In this document: piece by piece, positions 8,745 to 18,581 of the stretch
How positions within the stretch are numbered: position 1 is the stretch's first letter
Layout: the number at the start of each line of letters is the position of its first letter
Origin: Bdellovibrionota bacterium
GTDB lineage: Bacteria > Bdellovibrionota > UBA1018 > UBA923
DNA length: 55,115 nt
Assembly: GCA_040754655.1 (NCBI GenBank)
Contig: JBFMCE010000008.1
Coordinates: forward strand, 1-55,115
Direction of reading: 5' to 3'
The notes under the pieces: generated by a model
Told to the model about the DNA's origin: nothing
What the model saw: the letters and a program-made list of their open reading frames with translations, nothing else
The model's database searches: none
Program-made: the position numbers and the translations under genes

Positions 8745-10396
8745 AAAAAACAGGGCTTCGCATCATTCCGATCGGAGGGCTGGGCGAGATTGGCTTGAAC
8801 TGCATGCTCTTTGAGTATGAAGACGAGATCATCGTGGTCGACTGCGGTGTGATGTTTTCAGACCTGCAGATGTTGGGCGTGGAATTCGTCATTCCTGACA
8901 TGAGCTACCTCAAAGAAAACAAAGATCGCATCAAGGCTTACATCATCACGCATGCGCACGAAGATCACATCGGCGCCCTGCCATTTGCGATGAAAAGCCA
9001 CCCTGCTCCGATTTATTCGACGAAATTCGCGCAAAAGCTCATCGAATCGAAATTCGTTGAGCACGAGATCAACGCCGACTTCAAGATCTACACCCCGGGC
9101 GAAGCGATGAAGTTCAAGCACTTCAAAGTAACGCCGATCCCGGTGAACCACTCGATCGTCGAAGCGATGGCGCTGATCATCGATACACCTGTGGGAAAAA
9201 TCGTATTCACGGGCGATTTCAAGATCGATCCCAGCCCATATTATGGAAAACCAATGGATCCCACACCTTTTCGCGAAGCCGGTGATCAGGGGGTCGTTTT
9301 GCTGATGAGTGATTCGACTAATGTCGAGAGGGAAGGGTTCTCGATCTCGGAAGAGCGCATCTATCACAAGTTCGAGGAAATTTTTTCGAAGGCCAAAGGC
9401 CTCACGGTAGTTGCGGTTTTCGCGTCGAACATCGCGCGCATCGGGCAGGTCTTCGAGATCGCCGAAAAGCTTGGCAAGAAAGTGGCGCTGATGGGGCGGA
9501 GCATGGAACAAAACACCCGTATCGGCTTCGAGACGGGTTACCTTAAAAACATGCATAATGTGCTGATCGATCTTGATGACCTCGATGATTACCCTCGCGA
9601 CAATTGCATCGTGCTCTCAACCGGAAGCCAGGGCGAATACCGCTCGGCACTTGCGCGCATCGCAAATGATGAACATAGAGGGGTAAAACTCTCTGAAGGC
9701 GATCTCGTGGTGATGTCGAGCAAGTTCATCCCGGGCAATGAAAAAGCCATCGGGAGAATGATCAACTCGCTCTTTAAACTGGGGGCCGATGTCTTGTACG
9801 AGTCAGTCGCGGACATTCACGTCTCGGGCCACGCGAACGCCGATGAGCTGAGAGCCATGCTGCACATGACAAGGCCCAAGTTCTTCATCCCCGTGCATGG
9901 CGAGTACCGGCACTTGGTGAAGCATTCTCGTTTAGCCGTAGCTACCAATGTGAAGGCAGAGAATTCGCTGATCGCAGTGAATGGTGATGTGCTTGAGCTG
10001 ACGCCTACAAGTTTTAAAAAGGTTGATCACTTCGAAGAAAACAGGGTTTTCATCGAAGGCCAGGGCGGAAAAGATGTGAGCAAGGTGATCATCAAAGACA
10101 GACGCAAGGTCGCTGAAACCGGAATCGTTTTTGGCGTGCTCATCCGCAATTCTGTGACGGGCCAGATCATGGCTGAACCCGATATCATCACTCGCGGACT
10201 GCTCGCAAAAGAAGATGAGGGAACCCTGCTTGATGACGCAAAACAAGTTCTACTCGCGATTGTTGAAGATGTTGAGCGTTCATCGAAATCAAAGTCGATC
10301 GACTTGCAAGAAGAAATTCGCTTGGGCCTGAGGCGTTATTTCCAAAGCCGAATAGGGAAGAAGCCTGTCGTTCTACCAATACTCGTTGATGTATGA
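8741..10396 (+). CDS. rnj: Ribonuclease J
   Basis: GGLGEIG, THAHEDHIG, TGDFKID, SDSTN, GSQGE, HVSGH and PVHGE motifs. Confidence 0.96.
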   Translation: MKKTGLRIIPIGGLGEIGLNCMLFEYEDEIIVVDCGVMFSDLQMLGVEFVIPDMSYLKENKDRIKAYIITHAHEDHIGALPFAMKSHPAPIYSTKFAQKLIESKFVEHEINADFKIYTPGEAMKFKHFKVTPIPVNHSIVEAMALIIDTPVGKIVFTGDFKIDPSPYYGKPMDPTPFREAGDQGVVLLMSDSTNVEREGFSISEERIYHKFEEIFSKAKGLTVVAVFASNIARIGQVFEIAEKLGKKVALMGRSMEQNTRIGFETGYLKNMHNVLIDLDDLDDYPRDNCIVLSTGSQGEYRSALARIANDEHRGVKLSEGDLVVMSSKFIPGNEKAIGRMINSLFKLGADVLYESVADIHVSGHANADELRAMLHMTRPKFFIPVHGEYRHLVKHSRLAVATNVKAENSLIAVNGDVLELTPTSFKKVDHFEENRVFIEGQGGKDVSKVIIKDRRKVAETGIVFGVLIRNSVTGQIMAEPDIITRGLLAKEDEGTLLDDAKQVLLAIVEDVERSSKSKSIDLQEEIRLGLRRYFQSRIGKKPVVLPILVDV

Positions 10397-12009
10397 TGCA
10401 TAATGCGCTCGCGCGATCAAAGACTACGACCGACAAAATAAAATTGAGCGCGCATCTTTGCCTCATAGCCATCGCCTTTTTTCTCGCTGCTTACACGCAG
10501 CTTTGGCATTTCACGACGGTGCCCGGTCTTCATTTCGATGAAGCTTGGCAAGGCTTGTATGCCCACCGTATCGCAACCGAAGCAAACTTTTGGCCAGCCT
10601 CGGCAATGAACTCTTACACGACACCTGTGGTTCACTACTTCTTAGCATTGGTTTTTAAGGTGTTCTCTCCAACTCTTGAAGCCATGAGGGGTTTTTATGC
10701 AGCCATCAACCTTGTCACTCTTGGTTTGATCGCCGCGTTGATCGCGCGATTCCGTGGCTCGCTTGCAGCCACGTGGTTTACCGGGCTCTGGGCCTTGCTT
10801 CCGCTCAGCATCCACAACCACAGGTTTTATGTTGAGCTCACGGGTTTTCACGGATTTTGTTTTGCGCTTCTTCTTTGGGGTCTTGCGCTTTGGAAAACGC
10901 GTCCGCGAATTGCCATCGTCTTGATCGGATCGAGCGTTATGCTGGGCGCTTACAGCCACGTCTTATTTATCGCGACGTATCTCGCGGCACTTGTCGTATT
11001 GCCCATGTTCTTTGAGAAAGAATTCAAGTCACCGCGAGTGCGTTTAACGATTGCTCTGATTGCCTTCTTTTTGGTGCCCCTGACGCTAAGAATGGGCATC
11101 GGACTAAAAAAACCACTTCCTTTTCTGTTAGCATCTGTTCTTTTCATGCTGGGATTCATCGTCGCGAGCGCATCAAAGCTTGGCCTTTCCAGAAAGATTT
11201 GGGATGGATGGATCACTCATAGCAAGCTGTTCTCAAAAATCGCGATGCTCGGAGCGATTCCTTTTCTGATCGCTTTTGTTTTCTTGCATTGGAATGGCCT
11301 TTGGCCCTACGCCCAAGCGACCGGGCACCTGCACAAGTTTTGGTTGCCGGTGAACGCTATTTTATTTTTAGGCCTTGGCCTTCACTCTTATCGCATGAGA
11401 AAAAAGCACGATCAAAGCCGTCTTTATTGGCAATTCTTTCTCGTCAATTTTTTCATCTCAAGCCTTCTCATCTTTAAACAAAGCCCGCGCTATTACATGG
11501 TATCAACACTCATTGCCATGGCGTGGGTGAGCATCGGCCTTGCTCAAATCAAAATACGGCAAGCTCAAGCAGCGATTGCGGTAGTTTTCGTGGCGTGGAA
11601 TCTTTTTGCCTTCCAAAAGTTTTACATCACACAATTTGAGCGCGAGGGCTCGACCACGCTCGAGTTCAAGCTCGGGCCCTTTCATGACAATGGACGCGAC
11701 TTCAGGCCATTTCAAAAAGTCTTCGCATTCATGGTTGAAAAAAACTGCCAAGACAACATGCGTTGGGTCGAAGATGACCGGTTCTTGCTTCCGATCGAGT
11801 TTTTGCGCCTTACAGCTCCGCCCGCTGATCCAAAGGGGCCTCAATGCCCCTGGCCAAGAGAGAACCTGTTCTTTTCGCACATCCCAAACTATGACGAGAA
11901 TTTTCGCGGCATTCGAGACGATAGAAACACGCCACCTCCGGTTGCGAACGTGAAATTCCTTGCTCATTTTTTAGAATGGGGTGATCTTGCTCTTTGGATG
12001 CGGCGATGA
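10393..12009 (+). CDS. GT-C superfamily (ArnT/PMT-like) integral membrane glycosyltransferase
   Basis: PGLHFDEAW in the first loop, many TM helices and a PRYY motif. Confidence 0.7.
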   Translation: MMHNALARSKTTTDKIKLSAHLCLIAIAFFLAAYTQLWHFTTVPGLHFDEAWQGLYAHRIATEANFWPASAMNSYTTPVVHYFLALVFKVFSPTLEAMRGFYAAINLVTLGLIAALIARFRGSLAATWFTGLWALLPLSIHNHRFYVELTGFHGFCFALLLWGLALWKTRPRIAIVLIGSSVMLGAYSHVLFIATYLAALVVLPMFFEKEFKSPRVRLTIALIAFFLVPLTLRMGIGLKKPLPFLLASVLFMLGFIVASASKLGLSRKIWDGWITHSKLFSKIAMLGAIPFLIAFVFLHWNGLWPYAQATGHLHKFWLPVNAILFLGLGLHSYRMRKKHDQSRLYWQFFLVNFFISSLLIFKQSPRYYMVSTLIAMAWVSIGLAQIKIRQAQAAIAVVFVAWNLFAFQKFYITQFEREGSTTLEFKLGPFHDNGRDFRPFQKVFAFMVEKNCQDNMRWVEDDRFLLPIEFLRLTAPPADPKGPQCPWPRENLFFSHIPNYDENFRGIRDDRNTPPPVANVKFLAHFLEWGDLALWMRR

Positions 12010-13778
12010 CTAAACTCTTATACAAAATTCCTGCAAAACCTTTCCTCGTGCTGATGGTCCTGCTCGCGCTTTTACCTTTTCTTGACCTGCGCGTGCTTCG
12101 CATGGCCGGAGATGAAAAAGTCTATCTGACCACCGCTATCGAAATGGCTAGAGACGGTCGCTGGTTCGTGCAAACTTTGGCGGACGAGCCGAATTATTTC
12201 AAAGGACCACTTCATTATCTGTTCACAAGAGCGGGCCTCTCTGTGTTTGGAGATCGCCTTATCGCAGGCCTTTGGATGAATGCGGCGCTTGCATTGGCGG
12301 CGGCGTTTGCGATGTATTCACTGGGTCGCAAGCGCTGGGGAGAAAAAAACGGGCTACTTCTGGGAGTAGCGACTGCGCTGAATGTCGGCGTGTTCTCGCA
12401 TGCTTTGGCCAGTCAAATGGAAGTCGAGCTCTGCGCCTTCTTCGCGTTCGCTGCGGCTGCATTGGGATTGAATCCGGCGCGCGCGGGCTTTCGCGGTGAT
12501 GTTGTTTTCTGGTTGATTGCGGGTGTGGCTGGATGGGCGAAGAGCCCCGTTTACTCAGTGCTGATTGGACTGAGCGGCATATTGTACTGGGCGCTCACGG
12601 GTCAGCTTGTTTCACGGCTGCGTTCGTCGGGCTCGTGGCTTGCGTTTTTAACGGGCGCGCTTGTTGGCATTGGTGGGTACGCACCAGCCTTTTTCTTGGA
12701 TCGTGAAAACTTCGTGAACACGTTCATCTTGCGCGAACAATTCCAGAAAGCGAACAACCGCAGGGCTTGGCATTACGTTCTTCTTCCATTGATTCATTTC
12801 GCGCTGCCATGGACGTTCGTAGTCTTGGCTGGTCTCGCAAAGATGGCGCGGATGGCTTTTTTGTCGCCTCAGAAGCGCTTATCGCTGCTCAAAAAAGCTG
12901 ATCTTCAAATGATGAAGCTTGGGCTTGCAATCGCGCTTCCGAGCTTAGTGATGTGGTCGACCTGGACTTACAAAGGACAGAATTACAATCTGCCGACGAT
13001 GGCTGGTTTGCTTCTCTTTGGATGGGCTTGTTTTAACGGGGAGATCCCAAAGCTTGCGACCAGGCTTGCCGGAGCCATCGGGCTTGTCTTTTTTGCGGCA
13101 CTGCTCGCGGTTGTGTTGCATTTTTGGCCCTTGCCCGATTGGTGGGGAAGAGGTTGGCTATTGTTGTCGTTCGCAGGGATTCTCGCTTTCTCAGCGACGT
13201 TTCTTTTGTCAGAAGACTTTAGAGTTTTAACCGCGGGGGCGGTGGCTTTTTTCATCGCTTTTGGCGCGCTGATCACGCCGCCAGGTGAACGCGAGATGCT
13301 CGACATCAGACGCTTCGTAAAAGAACACAAGAACTTAACCTACCACTATTACAACCTTGATCCTTCGATCTGGTCAGAGTGGTCTGTCTTGCAGCTTACG
13401 TTGCACCAGCCTATTTATGGTTTGCATAAAGCCCATCAACTCGCAAAAGCCGTGCAACCCGGAAACGTGATCTTGGTTCAAAATATTTCAAATCTCAATC
13501 GCGTGATGGACTACTGGAGAAAACTCTACGGCCCAGAGTCTGGGAATGTATCGTCGGGCGGAAGCACGAGCGGCATCGGCGTGGGTGGCAGTGCAAACGC
13601 TGACGCGGGGACTAGCGTGGGTGGCGGCACGGTTGCACGGACGCCTGTGGTCACACCCTGGACCCGCTGGCTCACCAAAGGCAAAACTCCTGAGGGAAAG
13701 AGCAAATGGAAGGCAGCCTGGGAGGGCCGCGACCTTCGTCAGCTCGAGCGCGAATTTTTCATCGTTTGGTTTCCTTGA
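12006..13778 (+). CDS. ArnT-like GT-C glycosyltransferase
   Basis: GDEKVY..AIEM, YFKGPL and WAKSP motifs; multi-TM; ATGA overlap with the upstream gene at 12006-12009. Confidence 0.8.
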   Translation: MTKLLYKIPAKPFLVLMVLLALLPFLDLRVLRMAGDEKVYLTTAIEMARDGRWFVQTLADEPNYFKGPLHYLFTRAGLSVFGDRLIAGLWMNAALALAAAFAMYSLGRKRWGEKNGLLLGVATALNVGVFSHALASQMEVELCAFFAFAAAALGLNPARAGFRGDVVFWLIAGVAGWAKSPVYSVLIGLSGILYWALTGQLVSRLRSSGSWLAFLTGALVGIGGYAPAFFLDRENFVNTFILREQFQKANNRRAWHYVLLPLIHFALPWTFVVLAGLAKMARMAFLSPQKRLSLLKKADLQMMKLGLAIALPSLVMWSTWTYKGQNYNLPTMAGLLLFGWACFNGEIPKLATRLAGAIGLVFFAALLAVVLHFWPLPDWWGRGWLLLSFAGILAFSATFLLSEDFRVLTAGAVAFFIAFGALITPPGEREMLDIRRFVKEHKNLTYHYYNLDPSIWSEWSVLQLTLHQPIYGLHKAHQLAKAVQPGNVILVQNISNLNRVMDYWRKLYGPESGNVSSGGSTSGIGVGGSANADAGTSVGGGTVARTPVVTPWTRWLTKGKTPEGKSKWKAAWEGRDLRQLEREFFIVWFP

Positions 13779-14075
13779 ATTTTTCTGCACAAACTTGGCA
13801 GGGTTCACTGTTTATTGGCGCGTTGGCAATTGTTCTATTGGTGACGGCAACGCACCCCATCTGCACTCTATCTCCACATGCCCCCCAACTTCTCAAGGCC
13901 CCCAAGACGCGGCCCAAAATACCAACCTTTTATTGTCAGAATACTCGGCGCACGCCGAGTTCGCAGATGAAAACCATTATTTGTCAGCTACTTAGCAGGT
14001 ACCCCATTCTCAACACATCCCAAATCATTGCGTTAAGCCCACAAACTCTTACTCCATTTGTTTCCAGGCCCCGCT

Positions 14076-14738
14076 TCACCCCAACACCCGAAAAACTTCA
14101 TCCGCTACTTTTCGCCACCGCCCACGAAGCAAGGTTTGGGTTTTCTCATCTTTGATTCCAGTGTGATTGAAAACGAGGATAGATTTCCCAGCCGGACGCG
14201 CTACAAGCAGGAGCTCGACCACGGTCTTTTTCTGCCACTGAGGGTCTTGCCAAAAGAGCCTCACACGCCTGTTCTTTTTCATCGTTCTGATCTCACCAAA
14301 ATACCCGTCACTCGTTTCAAATTGAGATTTCGGCCGAATCTCTACTTTCGCTAGGGGATTTAGCCAAATGCGCTGGCCCTTTTCTGAGATTAAGAACCCC
14401 CAAACTTTCGGGGCACCATGAGGCAAAGACTTCGTCGCCGTCACCATGTAGTTGCCTTTGGCGTCTTGGCCTTCTTTGCGGCGACCGATTGCGATTTCAA
14501 AACCCACCGCAACACCCTGCTGCCACCACGGAGTGAGCTTGTATTTAACTTTCAAATATTCGGCGATCTCTGAATGCGTCCACGAACGCGCACCGGCTTT
14601 CTCTAAGACCGCGACCCATTCTTTCCAATGGCGTTTCGTGCCTTTAAAAACCGACTCCGTCGTCACTTTTCCGATCTTTTTGAAGTCGTTCTGCTTTCCT
14701 TCGATGATTTCAGAAAATTCTAAGTAAGTTTTCATCAC
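14076..14738 (-). CDS. SRPBCC/Aha1-like domain protein with DUF4287-like N-terminus
   Basis: GTKRHWKEWVAVL..H.EIA.YL...WW.QGV N-terminal region; C-terminal SRPBCC-like pattern (VW..L...W, LVFNH, RGRW). Confidence 0.65.
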   Translation of the reverse strand: MMKTYLEFSEIIEGKQNDFKKIGKVTTESVFKGTKRHWKEWVAVLEKAGARSWTHSEIAEYLKVKYKLTPWWQQGVAVGFEIAIGRRKEGQDAKGNYMVTATKSLPHGAPKVWGFLISEKGQRIWLNPLAKVEIRPKSQFETSDGYFGEIRTMKKNRRVRLFWQDPQWQKKTVVELLLVARPAGKSILVFNHTGIKDEKTQTLLRGRWRKVADEVFRVLG

Positions 14739-14799
14739 GGCCTGTCCAATAAACTCAAAAAATCGACAATGTTATTTGTGTATGATAGCGCACCAAGAA

Positions 14800-16452
14800 A
14801 TGATCCGCATCATCCCAACTCTTTTATTTTTTCTCTCCACAACCAGCAGCGTAATCGCTGGGCCTTTTGACTTCGTTGACGTACGGGTTCTAAGGTTCTT
14901 CCGAGATGGCCCCATTTTTAAAAGCGTTCAAGATGTTGATAAAATGGTACCTCTTGAAAAGTTAATGCCATTTCTCAGCGCAGACGACGTCACCCGCCTC
15001 AAAGCCCTGGTTTATTTTCGGATGCTTGACCTCTATCCTGAACTTAAGGCGCTTTCAGAAACCTCGTTCAAAAATTCCTTTCGTTTTAGCCTGTTCTTAG
15101 GACTGGCAGATGCTAAACGGTTCCAAAAAGCCATTCCGGGCATGAACTTTGTCCTTCCTCAATTGCACGTCCATGGAAGCCCAGGAATTTCCGTAAAAGA
15201 TGGGTTCTCGTTAGGTTCAAAAGGAGAACCCAGGTTTATCGAAGACCTCTCCCTTAGCTTCAGTGCCCCAGTGGCCTTTGATCTAGAAGCAGATACCGAG
15301 TTCGAAAAGGAGCTGCAAAATAGAAAACACCTCTTCGATCATCCTGAAGGCAAAAGGATACTTCTTGAGGTGTTCATCCAATCCATCATAAAAATGGATT
15401 TCTACGCAGCCATCCCGCCGGAAGCCATGAGAAGAACTCTAATTGATGGCTTTCCCGAATTGGAAATGGAGTTTCTTGCGTGGGACCTCTCAAAGCAGTC
15501 CCACCAACCTGCAAACAAACTCATCCAGCTGCACAGAACCACACTCAAACGCATCGATGAGGTTTTAGCGCAGGCAAAAACACGGGCTAGCCAGCAGTTT
15601 GCGACCAGGCATGAACTCACGATCAAGATCAACCGCTCGCACGAACGTTTGAAAAAAGTCGAAGAAGAGATACAGACTGCTGAAACTAGACTGCGCTCTC
15701 TTGAAGAAGCGCGGCAAACCCTGCTTACCGGAAACAATGACCTCGGCTCAGTTAAAACTCGCTTGCAACTTGAACTCGAAGAGCTCGAAAACCAAATTCG
15801 ATCACGCAAAGAGGGCCTTGAGGCAGAGTTTAGGCTTTATCTCACCGAGAGCCTAAACCAAAAAAACCATTTTCGTTACGAAATCCAAGAAAAGGTTTCT
15901 GGCTCTGAACTGATTCCTAGGCACAATAGCAGCGAACTGCCAAACGAGGTCCAACTGCAGCAAAGGCTCGAGGCCTTTGTCTACCGTTTGCTTTCTTCTG
16001 AGCGTGATACAAACCTCATCGTGCATGGAGACATTTGGAAATCCTCAAACCTGTCGATTGGTTTGTTCACAAGTCTTCTCGCCGTCGATGACAAAAGAGG
16101 TCGCGTCGACAAACTCTTGCGTCGCACCAAGCTCTCATTTCAAATTCGTGCCGCGGCCATCGTGCGTACGCCTGCGCATTCTTATGCGAGCCCCATCAAT
16201 ACCATCTTCACCATCTCATTCGACGGATCTAGTTTCTCTTTGTCTGAGAGCAGCTCCAGTAGCTTATCTGCTTTGTCTCACAAGATTAAAAACGCAGCAG
16301 ACGAGGTGCTCTTCGCTGAACAGCTTGAGCCAAGCGCGAACCAAATCAACCGTTTTCTTGAAGCGAAAACGTCCGAATCCCGTCTTCTTCAAAGCGGCAA
16401 CGTAGCAACAACTTGCGAAACCGGACTAACCCTCACCCGAGGCAACGACTGA
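14800..16452 (+). CDS. Secreted hypothetical protein with central coiled coil
   Basis: Long ORF, signal peptide MIRIIPTLLFFLSTTSSVIA and heptad-rich middle region. Confidence 0.7.
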   Translation: MIRIIPTLLFFLSTTSSVIAGPFDFVDVRVLRFFRDGPIFKSVQDVDKMVPLEKLMPFLSADDVTRLKALVYFRMLDLYPELKALSETSFKNSFRFSLFLGLADAKRFQKAIPGMNFVLPQLHVHGSPGISVKDGFSLGSKGEPRFIEDLSLSFSAPVAFDLEADTEFEKELQNRKHLFDHPEGKRILLEVFIQSIIKMDFYAAIPPEAMRRTLIDGFPELEMEFLAWDLSKQSHQPANKLIQLHRTTLKRIDEVLAQAKTRASQQFATRHELTIKINRSHERLKKVEEEIQTAETRLRSLEEARQTLLTGNNDLGSVKTRLQLELEELENQIRSRKEGLEAEFRLYLTESLNQKNHFRYEIQEKVSGSELIPRHNSSELPNEVQLQQRLEAFVYRLLSSERDTNLIVHGDIWKSSNLSIGLFTSLLAVDDKRGRVDKLLRRTKLSFQIRAAAIVRTPAHSYASPINTIFTISFDGSSFSLSESSSSSLSALSHKIKNAADEVLFAEQLEPSANQINRFLEAKTSESRLLQSGNVATTCETGLTLTRGND

Positions 16453-16467
16453 TTTCGAAAGCCCTTC

Positions 16468-17766
16468 TCAGCGCCTCTGCCGCACCAATAGCGCCATCGA
16501 ATCAAGCCATGACAATCGGTCATCTTGCGGCAAGAGCGCGCGATAAGGATCATCGGCGAGTTCCGTCAAATAAAGAGCGGGTTTGATATTGTCTTGGAAA
16601 ACCTTATCAATCACTTTTACACCAGGGTAAAAGGCTCCACCTGACATGTCTTTGGGACTGAGCTCGAAGGTGAATGAAAAAATGCCCAAGGCCCCGTACA
16701 CCCAATCCGTCGTATCACCGCTTGTAATATAGAGCTCGCTTGACTGTTGGGGCGTATAGCCCGTCCACTTCGCCATTTTCTCAGCCATCGCGACGTGGGC
16801 TTTATAATCATCTTCCTTCTCAACCTTATCGTACGTATAGCCCCACGGATACAAGATCAGCTCGCTGAAAGTATGGTAGCTCAACACGATCTTGATATTC
16901 GGGCGGTCTTCAATGAACTTCTTCACCGCTTGAGTCTCTGGCTCGCTGAACGCATGCTCACCGCGGTAAATGTCGCTTGAAGGCACGCCGCTTGAGCCCC
17001 CTTGGCCCCACTTGTATCCATAGTTTCTATTGAGATCGACGCCAGGGTTCACCTCATTATTTGGTCGCGTGTTCTTGCGATGCCAAAGGTATTTGCCCGT
17101 TGAGATGTCGCGCGCCACCCCGTCAGGGTTCAGCATCGGAACCACATAGATATCGCGTTTTCGCACGAGGTTCGTGATCTCGGCGTCAGACCCATAATGT
17201 TCTGCGATGTATTGCAGGAACATCAACGGAATCTCTGCGCTCAAGTGCTCACGCGCATGATGGTTGCCAACGAAGAATATGCCAGGTTTCGCTGAGATGA
17301 GCACAGGATTGTCGCCGTGGGCGAGTGCGTTTGAGTTGACTTGCACCGCCCAGATATCCCTGCCTTCAAAGGTTTTACCGATGCTGAACTTGCGCATCAA
17401 CATGAAGTTCTTCGTCACAAGCTCATCGATGGCCTTTTCCATCTCTTCCACGTTGTGGAAACGAGCGTCTTCCTCCGGAAAATCCATTGGGCTTGTGCGC
17501 TCATTCACGCGGAAGGTTTCCACAAGAGAAAGTCCGCTTTTCTTGACCTTCTCCAAGACCTCGTCTGAAGCCAGGCCATAGACGCCGTCACTCACGACCG
17601 CTTCGATGCTTACGCCCAGGTCGGCAATTTTTGACCGCTCGAACTTGTCTTTCGCTTTGAGATGCACGAAATGATGGCCGCTGCCCTCATGAGCGAAAGC
17701 CATCATCGTTTGAAGAACAAATGCAAAAACCGCCATGAACGCCGTCATCATATCAAGAGTCCCCAT
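16468..17766 (-). CDS. Zinc carboxypeptidase, M14 (carboxypeptidase T-like)
   Basis: HHAREH, NPDG, RKN, GVDLNRN, SYHTFS and FTFEL motifs; signal peptide and propeptide. Confidence 0.93.
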   Translation of the reverse strand: MGTLDMMTAFMAVFAFVLQTMMAFAHEGSGHHFVHLKAKDKFERSKIADLGVSIEAVVSDGVYGLASDEVLEKVKKSGLSLVETFRVNERTSPMDFPEEDARFHNVEEMEKAIDELVTKNFMLMRKFSIGKTFEGRDIWAVQVNSNALAHGDNPVLISAKPGIFFVGNHHAREHLSAEIPLMFLQYIAEHYGSDAEITNLVRKRDIYVVPMLNPDGVARDISTGKYLWHRKNTRPNNEVNPGVDLNRNYGYKWGQGGSSGVPSSDIYRGEHAFSEPETQAVKKFIEDRPNIKIVLSYHTFSELILYPWGYTYDKVEKEDDYKAHVAMAEKMAKWTGYTPQQSSELYITSGDTTDWVYGALGIFSFTFELSPKDMSGGAFYPGVKVIDKVFQDNIKPALYLTELADDPYRALLPQDDRLSWLDSMALLVRQRR

Positions 17767-17976
17767 GCGCCTGAGAAGTTAAAATGCCGTTTGACTGCCT
17801 TGTTTAAGCGAAACACTAAACCCGCGTCCTTGATTCGGCAAATCTTTCCTGCCAGGTCGCAAAGTTCCAAATTTATAAATGAAATCAATTTATTGCGCCG
17901 CACAAACAACCGCTGAGCCATGCACCCATGCAATAGAACAGAACAGTATCAACTCGCACATACCCGACTTATTAAC

Positions 17977-18003
17977 TAAAGTAATAGAAAGTTCTGCCGA
18001 TAG
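17977..18003 (+). promoter_or_regulatory. Sigma-28 (FliA) promoter
   Basis: TAAA-N15-GCCGATAG, 26 nt before the ATG at 18030. Confidence 0.8.
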
Positions 18004-18029
18004 GTTAGTGTGTGACGGAGGAAGGGAAA

Positions 18030-18380
18030 ATGGGAAAACAAGACTCTCCAAACGAAGGAAAAAAATCACAACCCGCGGGTGAGAACAAAGCACCTAAAGG
18101 TGAAGGCGGACATGGCGGTAGCAACCATGGCCACGGCGGCGGGTCTTCTCATGGACCTTCTGCTTCTTCAGGTGGTGGCGGCGGCGGTAAAAACGTCGGC
18201 GCGAAAGTGGGTTGCTTAGCCCTGACGTGCAAAGAAAAAGATGTGCGCTTGGGTTTCTGCGAAGAACACTTTCGACAATTCAAATTTGGATTGATCACCA
18301 AGACCGGACAAAAAGTTTTGGATTTTGAGAAAAAATTTGAGCACTACCAGAAATGGCTTAGCGCTCAACGAGTTGCCTGA
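18030..18380 (+). CDS. Small protein: Gly/His/Ser-rich disordered N-terminus plus a Cx4C-x9-Cx2H putative Zn-binding domain
   Basis: Strong RBS (GGAGGAAGGG), FliA promoter and CLALTC...GFCEEHF. Confidence 0.8.
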   Translation: MGKQDSPNEGKKSQPAGENKAPKGEGGHGGSNHGHGGGSSHGPSASSGGGGGGKNVGAKVGCLALTCKEKDVRLGFCEEHFRQFKFGLITKTGQKVLDFEKKFEHYQKWLSAQRVA

Positions 18381-18390
18381 TGGCAGCAGA

Positions 18391-18580
18391 GCTGTACCCA
18401 CCCACCTCTGGACACCTCGAGGCATTTCAGCCGATTGCTATCGGACCTCGAGGTGTCTAAAACAACCCGACGCGGGAGGTTGTTTTAGGGCGCGCAAATC
18501 GGGCGCGTAGGCCAGAAGAAAAATGGGTGAGGTGCATGCGGAACGTAAGTGATGGCTCAGACGCTGATCACGGGTGCAGT
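18391..18580 (+). ncRNA. Candidate structured RNA (multi-branched hairpins) downstream of the FliA-driven gene; family not recognised
   Basis: Stems at 18411-22/18446-57 (12 bp), 18458-67/18478-87 and 18491-95/18503-07, closed by 18393-18404/18524-36. Confidence 0.5.
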
Positions 18581-18581
18581 A

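Noticed and set aside
13706..14155. + strand ORF after the ArnT-like gene (possible TTG start at 13775)
   Set aside because: It has no motif, overlaps genes at both ends and has odd composition. I cannot support it, though a small gene is not excluded.
14478..14490. GCGGCGACCGAT half-site of the parA palindrome (also GTGGCGACC near 581)
   Set aside because: These are half-sites only, in coding sequence, and compatible with chance.
17838..17870. GGCAAA...GGTCGCAAAG resembling a c-di-GMP-I riboswitch
   Set aside because: There is no GNRA tetraloop and no tetraloop-receptor P3 stem, and it lies upstream of the FliA promoter.
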